Below, piece after piece: positions 1 through 5,960 of a stretch of 8,501 bases of DNA. The first letter of the stretch is position 1. Each line of letters opens with the position of its first letter. A model generated the notes under the pieces. That model was given only the letters and a program-made list of their open reading frames with translations, searched no databases and was not told the origin of the DNA. Made by a program: the position numbers and the translations under genes. The stretch is from Candidatus Electronema aureum (GTDB taxonomy: Bacteria > Desulfobacterota > Desulfobulbia > Desulfobulbales > Desulfobulbaceae): assembly GCA_004284765.1 (NCBI GenBank), contig NQJD01000064.1, positions 1 through 8,501 on the forward strand, read 5' to 3'.

Positions 1-26
1 TCGGTGACTTGTGTGTAGTTTTTCAT
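1..26 (-). CDS. 5' end of an unidentified divergently transcribed gene (partial, continues off the left edge)
   Basis: The reverse strand shows GAGGAG (complement of 33-38), a 6-nt spacer, then ATG (complement of 24-26). This is followed by M-K-N-Y-T-Q-V-T, open to the window edge. Only 8 codons are visible, so the product cannot be assigned. Confidence 0.3.
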
Positions 27-201
27 CCGTGCTCCTCTTGCTTGGCGGTAAGAAATGAGCCATCATACTACCACAACTCACTTTTTTTACAACCAGACAA
101 AAGTTGCACTTACAAGTTGAATTCACCCGCTAAGAAATTGCCTTTCGTTGCTAATTAGGGTATATGCTTCCGGTAGAAAATTCTTCAACCAAGTTGATCA
201 C

Positions 202-666
202 ATGCCCATACCCCCCTTCAACATCGTCCTTGTCGAGCCAGAAATCCCGCCAAACACCGGCTCGGTGGCCCGGCTTTGCGGAGCCACGGACTCAGTTCTC
301 CATCTTGTCCATCCGCTCGGCTTCAGCACGGAAGACAAGCATCTCAAGCGGGCCGGGTTAGATTATTGGCCGCACGTTAATATCAAGCACTGGCAGAATG
401 TTAACGAATTTCTCGCTGCCGAGGATGAACGCAGGCTCTTCTTTTTCACCACCAAGACCGAGCGGCCTTATCATCACGCTGCTTTCACACCCGGCGATTA
501 CCTGATTTTCGGTCGGGAAACCAAGGGGCTGCCTGAAGAAATCCTTGCGCTCTACGCAGACCATTGTTATACCATCCCGATGAGCAATCCGCATATCCGC
601 AGCCTCAATCTGGCCATGAGTGTCGGCATAGTTCTGTATGAGGCGTTGCGGCAGCAAAGCCTTTAA
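202..666 (+). CDS. trmL: tRNA (cytidine/uridine-34 2'-O)-methyltransferase, SpoU/TrmH-family TrmL (YibK-like), 154 aa
   Basis: The ORF 148..666 begins at a TTG. The internal ATG at 202 gives MPIPPFNIVLVEPEIPPNTGSVARLC, the typical TrmL N-terminus. Three SPOUT motifs are visible: NTGSVARLC, LIFGRETKGLPEE and IRSLNLAMSVGIVLYEALRQ. At about 155 aa, the size matches TrmL. Confidence 0.85.
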   Translation: MPIPPFNIVLVEPEIPPNTGSVARLCGATDSVLHLVHPLGFSTEDKHLKRAGLDYWPHVNIKHWQNVNEFLAAEDERRLFFFTTKTERPYHHAAFTPGDYLIFGRETKGLPEEILALYADHCYTIPMSNPHIRSLNLAMSVGIVLYEALRQQSL

Positions 667-700
667 TGGCTGATTTTTGGTGCAGAGCGAGAGAATCAAG

Positions 701-1249
701 ATGATCACGGAACAAATTATAGGTGCTGCCGTAGGATTTATTGTTGGCATTATAACCACATGGTGCTTTTGGAAATATATGCTTTTTCTACGACCAAATG
801 TTTCCATTTCACCGCATGTTGCAAAGGAGCTTGACGCAGAACATGGGCAGGCATTCTATCGATTTAAAATTAGAAATAACGGGAAAAGACAGGTTATCAA
901 TGTGTCGTTGATTATCACGCTGTGCAGGCTCCGTGACGTTCCTGAAGGAAGAATCTCATCAAGTATCAGAACAGTGCTTCCAAGAAAAAACGTCTCTGCA
1001 TTGGCAGAATATTCGAGAGGATGGACTCCTTGGGAACTGCCGCCAATCTATATCTTTGTTGCGAAAATAGACTCCAACGTAGAAGAAGAGCTTGATAAAC
1101 CGAATACAAGAATGATTGCCACCTTATCAGTTACAGATGCTAAAAGTGGAACTACTTATGTCCAACGGACAACGTATAGAAAAGAAGAAGTCGTTATAGG
1201 AGACTTCATCAAAGGATTGAGTCTTGAGGTCAAACAGATCAATTCCTGA
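701..1249 (+). CDS. Hypothetical single-pass membrane protein (N-terminal TM helix plus a roughly 150-aa soluble, probably beta-rich domain)
   Basis: The ORF 677..1249 starts at a TTG. The ATG at 701 is preceded by GAGAGA. A TM helix, IIGAAVGFIVGIITTWCFWKYMLFL, sits at the N-terminus. I recognise no family motif in the remainder. The gene is AT-rich (23/60 G+C in 1081-1140) compared with its neighbours. Confidence 0.6.
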   Translation: MITEQIIGAAVGFIVGIITTWCFWKYMLFLRPNVSISPHVAKELDAEHGQAFYRFKIRNNGKRQVINVSLIITLCRLRDVPEGRISSSIRTVLPRKNVSALAEYSRGWTPWELPPIYIFVAKIDSNVEEELDKPNTRMIATLSVTDAKSGTTYVQRTTYRKEEVVIGDFIKGLSLEVKQINS

Positions 1250-1297
1250 ATTCTATTGTCTAGTTAAATGTACCCATTAAAAGGAGAACCTTGTATC

Positions 1298-2380
1298 ATG
1301 CCAGAGAGAATCTTCAACTTCAGTCCCGGCCCAGCCGTGCTGCCGCAGTCCGTCCTTGAGCAGGCAGCCAAAGACATCGTTAATTTCAATAACAAGGGCA
1401 TGGGCCTGATCGAGATGAGCCATCGGTCTAAGGACTTCATGGCCGTGCTTGATGAAGCCGAGGCCCTGATTCGTGAGCTGCTGGCCGTGCCGACGAATTA
1501 CAAGGTGCTGTTCTTGCAAGGCGGCGCATCGTCGCAGTTCTTCATGGTGCCGATGAACCTGCTCGGGCCAGGCAAGAAGGCCACCTACCTGAACACCGGC
1601 GTGTGGGCAGGCAAGGCGATCAAGGAGGCCAAGGCGTTCGGCCAGGTTGACGTGGCCTACACTGGCGAGCCGAACCGCTTCAAGCATGTGCCGACCGATG
1701 ACGAATACAGCGTGGCCGCTGATTCAGAATATCTGCACCTTTGCTCGAACAACACCATCTACGGTACTCGTTTCCCCAAGTTTCCAGACAAAGGCTGTAT
1801 GTTGATCAGCGATATGTCGTCGGATATCATGTCTCGGCCTGTGGATGTGTCGAAATTTGGCATCATCTATGCCGGAGCGCAGAAGAACATGGGGCCTGCG
1901 GGCGTGACTATTGTCATCATCCGCGAAGATTTGCTCGACAGATGCCCTGCCACAGTGCCTGCGATGCTCAAATATAAGACCCATGCGGACAAGGGTTCGA
2001 TGTACAACACCCCGCCGACTTTTGCGATTTACTGCGTGGGCTTGGTGATGCGCTGGCTGAAGGAGCAGGGCGGTCTGGCAGCGATGGAGCGGCGCAATGA
2101 GGAGAAGGCGGCCTTAGTGTATCAGGCGATTGATGCGACAGATTTCTACCGGGGCCATGCCGAAAAGGAGTGCCGCTCGCTGATGAACATCTCCTTCAAT
2201 CTGCCGACTGCCGAGCTGGAGGCCAAGTTCATAAAAGAAGCTGCTGCGGTTAATTTGGACGGGCTAAAAGGCCACCGCGACGTGGGCGGCTGCCGCGCTT
2301 CGATCTATAACGCCTTTCCGCTGGAGGGTGTGCAAAAGTTGGTTGAGTTTATGGCGGAGTTTGCCAAGAAGAACGGCTAA
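1298..2380 (+). CDS. serC: 3-phosphoserine/phosphohydroxythreonine aminotransferase SerC, 360 aa
   Basis: AAAGGAG lies upstream of the ATG at 1298. The N-terminus IFNFSPGPAVLP is typical of SerC, as are the LFLQGGASSQF motif and the PLP-lysine motif YAGAQKNMGPAG. The length of 360 aa is typical. The ORF-track start at 1268 adds 10 residues that are not expected. Confidence 0.95.
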   Translation: MPERIFNFSPGPAVLPQSVLEQAAKDIVNFNNKGMGLIEMSHRSKDFMAVLDEAEALIRELLAVPTNYKVLFLQGGASSQFFMVPMNLLGPGKKATYLNTGVWAGKAIKEAKAFGQVDVAYTGEPNRFKHVPTDDEYSVAADSEYLHLCSNNTIYGTRFPKFPDKGCMLISDMSSDIMSRPVDVSKFGIIYAGAQKNMGPAGVTIVIIREDLLDRCPATVPAMLKYKTHADKGSMYNTPPTFAIYCVGLVMRWLKEQGGLAAMERRNEEKAALVYQAIDATDFYRGHAEKECRSLMNISFNLPTAELEAKFIKEAAAVNLDGLKGHRDVGGCRASIYNAFPLEGVQKLVEFMAEFAKKNG

Positions 2381-2390
2381 TGCACGAGCA

Positions 2391-2416
2391 GGGGCAGGTA
2401 ATGGCCTGCCCTTTTA
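2391..2416 (+). terminator. Rho-independent terminator of serC
   Basis: GGGCAGG (2392-2398) pairs with CCTGCCC (2405-2411) around a 6-nt loop. The stem is followed by TTTT (2412-2415) and lies 11 nt after the serC stop. Confidence 0.6.
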
Positions 2417-2447
2417 GCGTTAAGAAATATTTATAATGGAGCGTGAG

Positions 2448-3551
2448 ATGCTACAAAGACTTTATGTTCATAACTTCAGATGTCTGGAGAATTTTGAACT
2501 GACCGCAAAGGAATTGCCATCTTTTCTTTTAATTGGAAAAAACGGCGTAGGAAAATCTACTGTTTCTTATGCACTGGAGATGTTTCAATCTGTCGGCAGA
2601 GGAATAAACAGAATTAAGGAACTTGTTAAAGAGAGTGATTTTGCTCGTGGAAGGTCTGATGTTCCTATCAGATTTGAGATGGAAGTGCTGCTTGACAACA
2701 AGCTATACAAATATGAACTTGCTTTAGAATTGCCGGAAAAATTTAAGGAACTTCGAGTTGTCGAGGAGCAACTATCAGTCGCAGGATCCCCGGTTTATTC
2801 CCGGAAAGAAGCTCAAGTAACTCTTCATTCTCAAAATCGTGCCGCGCAGTTTTTAGTTGACTGGCATCTTGTTGCTCTACCGGTCATTCAGGAACAATCG
2901 GAGACTGATCCGCTTCGTATTTTCAAAACTTGGCTGGCCCGTATGATTATTTTGTCGCCAATTCCAAGCCTGATGACTGGTGAGTCCAGCGGCGAAACAC
3001 TGGACCCGAAGCGGGACGGCTCTAACTTTGGCGAGTGGGTTTCCGGGCTGTTCAGTCGTTATCCAGCAGCCTATATGCAGGTTGACAAGTATCTTCGCAA
3101 CGTCATGCCTGATATTCAAGATTTTATGAATGAACCTGTCGGCAGGGACTCGAAAAGTATGATTGTTCGATTTGAAGCCAATAATGCAACTCTGGGTGTT
3201 GACTTCAAGGAATTGTCTGACGGGGAGAAATGCTTTTTTCTTTGCGCTGCGGTCTTGGCTGCCAACAAATCGTATGGTCCGCTATTCTGCTTTTGGGATG
3301 AACCAGATAGCTATCTCGCTCTTTCTGAGGTTAGACATTTTGTAACAGAATTGAGACGTTCATTTCATGGTATGAGCCAAATATTAATGACATCCCATAA
3401 CTCTGAGGCGATACAAAGCTTTTCAAACGAAAACACCTTTGTGCTCGACAGGAAAAGCCATCTTGAACCAACTTTGATTAGACGACTCAGCGATCTGAAT
3501 ATCGAAGGAGATATTATTGAATCCCTTATCATAGGCGACATAAAAATATAA
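2448..3551 (+). CDS. ABC/SMC-head-type (AAA_15/AAA_21-like, OLD/RecF-like) ATPase, about 367 aa; candidate defence-system ATPase
   Basis: The N-terminus LQRLYVHNFRCLENFEL is followed by Walker A GKNGVGKST (2535-2561). The ABC signature LSDGEK is at 3213-3230 and Walker B LFCFWDEPD at 3282-3308. An H-loop-like MTSH motif is present (His codon 3396-3398). GGAG (2439-2442) precedes the ATG at 2448; the ORF-track ATG at 2436 is an alternative start. The gene is AT-rich (22/60 G+C in 2461-2520). Confidence 0.85.
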   Translation: MLQRLYVHNFRCLENFELTAKELPSFLLIGKNGVGKSTVSYALEMFQSVGRGINRIKELVKESDFARGRSDVPIRFEMEVLLDNKLYKYELALELPEKFKELRVVEEQLSVAGSPVYSRKEAQVTLHSQNRAAQFLVDWHLVALPVIQEQSETDPLRIFKTWLARMIILSPIPSLMTGESSGETLDPKRDGSNFGEWVSGLFSRYPAAYMQVDKYLRNVMPDIQDFMNEPVGRDSKSMIVRFEANNATLGVDFKELSDGEKCFFLCAAVLAANKSYGPLFCFWDEPDSYLALSEVRHFVTELRRSFHGMSQILMTSHNSEAIQSFSNENTFVLDRKSHLEPTLIRRLSDLNIEGDIIESLIIGDIKI

Positions 3552-3553
3552 GC

Positions 3554-4042
3554 ATGGATAAACACAACCCACAACTTCTCATTCTGCCTGAAGATAAAGC
3601 TAACTGTCAGATTGCAAATGGATTTTTTCTAAATCTGAATATCAAATCTCGCTCTTTTCGGGTACTGCCGATTGCTGGTGGATGGACAAAAGTCTTGAAA
3701 AAGTTCAAGACTGATCACCTTGACAAGATGAGGAGGTGTCCAGACAGGAAGATGGTGTTTCTGATTGATTTTGATGAAAATAAAGAGCGATTAGATCGTA
3801 TCAAAAAAGAGATACCTCAAGATTTGATTGACAGCGTTTTTGTTCTCGGTGTCTGGTCTGAACCGGAGAAGCTAAAGAAAAAAACAGGGAAAGATTTTGA
3901 AACGATCGGAAAGGCACTTGCGGAAGGATGCCCAATCAGCAGAAACGAATTATGGTCAGATGAGCTGCTTCAGCATAACGAAACTGAATTAGACCGTATG
4001 ATTCCACTTGTCAAATCCTTTCTGTTTGAAAAAACAGAATGA
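3554..4042 (+). CDS. 162-aa hypothetical protein, possible minimal Toprim-like (RloB/DUF4276/DUF4435-style) partner of the upstream ATPase
   Basis: Its ATG lies 2 nt after the ATPase stop (TAAGCATG), which suggests translational coupling. It shares the AT-rich composition (24/60 G+C in 3721-3780). The pattern is: hydrophobic strand plus acidic residues LLILPED (E13, 3590-3592), then AGGWTKV, then hydrophobic strand plus DxD VFLIDFDE (D72/D74, 3767-3775). The coding call is fairly secure. The fold and function are inference only. Confidence 0.65.
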   Translation: MDKHNPQLLILPEDKANCQIANGFFLNLNIKSRSFRVLPIAGGWTKVLKKFKTDHLDKMRRCPDRKMVFLIDFDENKERLDRIKKEIPQDLIDSVFVLGVWSEPEKLKKKTGKDFETIGKALAEGCPISRNELWSDELLQHNETELDRMIPLVKSFLFEKTE

Positions 4043-4177
4043 TGGGTTATACCCAAGGAGACAGTGTTATATAGCAAAAAGATAAGCTGCACTTTTAATA
4101 AAATTGCTCGCAGCTTCGGTCTCATAGCGCGTGAAAAGACGCACGCAGCCCTTCATCTTTCTTCCATCAAAGGCAGC

Positions 4178-5650
4178 ATGGAACAGAGCGAACAACGCAT
4201 GAAATCTTCTGAAATCCGTTATCGGCGGCTTTTTGAAGCGGCAAGAGACGGCATCCTGATCCTTGATGCCGAGACAGGGAAGATTGCAGATGTGAATCCC
4301 TTTTTAGTGGAAATGCTCGGCTATTCCTATGCAGATTTCTTGGGGAAAAATCTTTGGGAGTTGGGAGCGTTCAAAGATGTTGCGGCATCAAAGGCCGCAT
4401 TCTCGGAACTGAAGCAGAAGAAATATGTCCGCTACAACGATCTGCCGCTGAAGACTAAAGACGGTCGCCTGATTGCGGTGGAGTTTGTCAGCAATGTCTA
4501 TCAGGCTGGTCAGGAGGAAGTGATTCAGTGCAACATCCGCGACATCACGGAACGGAAAGAGATTGAAGCAGCCTTGCTGAATGCCAGCGCGGAGCTGGAG
4601 CATCGCGTCGAAGAGCGCACGGCGGAATTGCAGACAGCTCTAGCGGCAATCAATGTGCTGCAGGAGCAGGTTGAGGCTGAGAATCTCTTTTTCCGCAGAG
4701 AGCTGCGGCAGAAGTATCAATTCACCCGGATTATCGGCCAAGACAGCGGCCTCAGAGATGTCCTCCGCATGGCCGAGCAAGTCGCGCCCGGCAACACCAC
4801 GGTGCTTATCCTTGGCGAGACTGGCACCGGCAAAGAATTGATTGCGGCGGCCATTCACGACATGAGTCCGCGCCGGGAACATCCGCTGATCACAGTCAAC
4901 TGCGCCGCGCTGCCCGGCAATCTGATCGAAAGCGAACTGTTCGGGCGCGAGAAAGGTGCCTACACCGGGGCGGACACCAAGCAGGCAGGCCGCTTTGAAA
5001 TCGCTGACGGCTCCACCCTCTGCTTGGATGAAATCGGCGAACTGCCGCTTGAACTCCAGGCAAAACTGCTCCGAGTCATTCAGCATAACGAGTTTGAGCG
5101 GCTGGGATCATCCCGCACTGTCAAAGTGGATGTGCGAATCGTGGCCACCACCAACCGCAACCTTGATGAAGAGGTCAGCCAAGGCAGGTTTCGTCAAGAT
5201 CTCTACTATCGGCTCAACGTCTTCCCGCTCACTGTGCCGCCTCTGCGGCAGCGGAAAGAAGACATTCCGATGATGGTTCATGCCTTTGCCGAGCGGTATT
5301 CCAAAAAGCTCGGCAAAGCGATCACCTCTGTCCGCAAGGAGACGATCAGGGCTTTGCAGGACTATCCTTGGCCCGGCAACATCCGAGAGCTGGAAGGTGT
5401 CATTGAGCGGGCAGTGATTCTCTGCGTCGGCCCAGTGCTGTATCTCACCGACGAGCTGAAGATTCTCGCCCCGCTTGCCTCGCCGTCTGACAAGCAGACC
5501 TTAGAAGAGACAGAACGGAATCACATCATCAAGATCCTCTTTACAACCAGATGGCGGATTGAAGGCAAGGACGGCGCAGCCCTGATTCTTGGCATCAATG
5601 CCAGCACCTTGCGCGCACGAATGCACAAGCTCGGAATACTTCGCCCCTAA
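4178..5650 (+). CDS. Sigma-54-dependent transcriptional activator (bEBP): PAS sensor, coiled-coil linker, AAA+ sigma-54-interaction domain and Fis-type HTH; no receiver domain
   Basis: The PAS S-box runs from RYRRLFEAARDGILILD to IRDITERK. Walker A GETGTGKE is at 4814-4837. A GAFTGA-type loop reads GAYTGA (4955-4972). Walker B is LCLDEIGEL, and the sensor II / Arg finger motif is PWPGNIRELE. The C-terminal HTH reads AALILGINASTLRARMHKLGI. The start is ambiguous: the GTG at 4064 (ORF track) would add 38 residues with no domain. The ATG at 4178 gives MEQSEQRMKSSEIRYRR just before the PAS domain. Confidence 0.9.
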   Translation: MEQSEQRMKSSEIRYRRLFEAARDGILILDAETGKIADVNPFLVEMLGYSYADFLGKNLWELGAFKDVAASKAAFSELKQKKYVRYNDLPLKTKDGRLIAVEFVSNVYQAGQEEVIQCNIRDITERKEIEAALLNASAELEHRVEERTAELQTALAAINVLQEQVEAENLFFRRELRQKYQFTRIIGQDSGLRDVLRMAEQVAPGNTTVLILGETGTGKELIAAAIHDMSPRREHPLITVNCAALPGNLIESELFGREKGAYTGADTKQAGRFEIADGSTLCLDEIGELPLELQAKLLRVIQHNEFERLGSSRTVKVDVRIVATTNRNLDEEVSQGRFRQDLYYRLNVFPLTVPPLRQRKEDIPMMVHAFAERYSKKLGKAITSVRKETIRALQDYPWPGNIRELEGVIERAVILCVGPVLYLTDELKILAPLASPSDKQTLEETERNHIIKILFTTRWRIEGKDGAALILGINASTLRARMHKLGILRP

Positions 5651-5695
5651 CCTAATCACCCGCTTCTCAGTACCGCTCATCCTTCCTCTCTTGCC

Positions 5696-5731
5696 CCTCA
5701 ACATGCCGAGGTTTTCGGCCAAATGTTGAGG
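5696..5731. promoter_or_regulatory. Compound palindrome: candidate bEBP upstream activating sequence, or a terminator-like hairpin of the bEBP gene
   Basis: CCTCAACAT (5696-5704) is the exact reverse complement of ATGTTGAGG (5723-5731). The inner pair GCCGA (5705-5709) / TCGGC (5715-5719) also matches. The centre lies about 105 bp upstream of the -24 GG of the sigma-54 promoter. It starts 46 nt after the regulator stop and has no trailing T-run. Confidence 0.4.
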
Positions 5732-5816
5732 TTAGCACCACCGCAGTATCTTCTTTTTTATTCTAAGCAGCACGCAACACCTCTTTATACAACAATCTTT
5801 TATTTATTCCGCAAAC

Positions 5817-5832
5817 TGGCCCTTAGTTTGCA
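5817..5832 (+). promoter_or_regulatory. Sigma-54 (RpoN) -24/-12 promoter
   Basis: TGGCCC-TTAGT-TTGCA matches the consensus TGGCAC-N5-TTGCW. The invariant GG (5818-5819) and GC (5830-5831) are exactly 12 nt apart. The site lies 167 nt downstream of a sigma-54 activator gene and about 130 nt upstream of the first Gly-X-Y lipoprotein start. Confidence 0.65.
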
Positions 5833-5913
5833 ATAGTGGTTGTATCCTTGCGTTCATTCGGCCCACTGCTGGAGAAAACCTTGGAAGAAGAACCTGTTCG
5901 AGAGAAAAATCTC

Positions 5914-5934
5914 AGCAATGAAATGCATTGCTGA
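5914..5934 (+). promoter_or_regulatory. Conserved 5'-leader hairpin, copy 1
   Basis: CAGCAATG (5914-5921) pairs with CATTGCTG (5927-5934) around a 5-nt loop. The hairpin ends 27 nt upstream of the GTG start. A counterpart sits at the equivalent place in copy 2. Confidence 0.3.
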
Positions 5935-5960
5935 TCGCATTCACCAAGGGATCAACTGCC

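Noticed and set aside
148-201. N-terminal extensions proposed by the ORF track: trmL from TTG 148, the TM protein from TTG 677, serC from 1268, the lipoprotein from TTG 5928, the YtxH gene from 7011 and the CsbD gene from 7716.
   Set aside because: In each case an internal ATG or GTG has a better Shine-Dalgarno sequence. That start also gives the N-terminus and length typical of the family.
27-201. Promoter elements, or the short AAGTTG direct repeat (101-106 and 114-119), in the divergent intergenic region upstream of trmL.
   Set aside because: No -35/-10 pair with acceptable spacing could be identified. The 6-bp repeat is too short to be meaningful.
358-807. The antisense ORF of 149 aa overlapping trmL, and the +-strand ORF 164..361.
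   Set aside because: They overlap a confidently identified gene. They have no motifs or RBS, and their translations have shadow-ORF composition.
1277-1984. ORFs antisense to or out of frame with serC: 1277..1687 -, 1724..1984 -, and 1741..1977 +.
   Set aside because: These are typical GC-rich shadow ORFs inside a well-supported SerC coding frame.
2432-2437. A perfect TATAAT hexamer just upstream of the ATPase gene, as a possible islet promoter.
   Set aside because: There is no acceptable -35 or extended -10 element at proper spacing. The hexamer overlaps the alternative ATG at 2436, and in AT-rich DNA it is expected by chance. It cannot be called from sequence alone.
2877-3574. Short ORFs inside or antisense to the ATPase gene: 2877..3119 -, 3163..3345 +, and 3365..3574 -.
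   Set aside because: They are embedded in a frame that carries a complete, ordered ABC-ATPase motif set. They have no independent support.
2417-4063. Flanking direct repeats, att-like sites, or an integrase or tRNA gene that would define the islet as a discrete mobile element.
   Set aside because: I could find none by eye at either boundary. The islet is therefore described only as compositionally atypical.
4388-5722. ORFs antisense to or out of frame with the bEBP gene: 4388..4603 -, 4640..5086 -, 4653..4841 +, 4956..5273 +, and 5501..5722 -.
   Set aside because: These are shadow ORFs within a gene whose PAS, AAA+ and HTH motifs are all in one frame.
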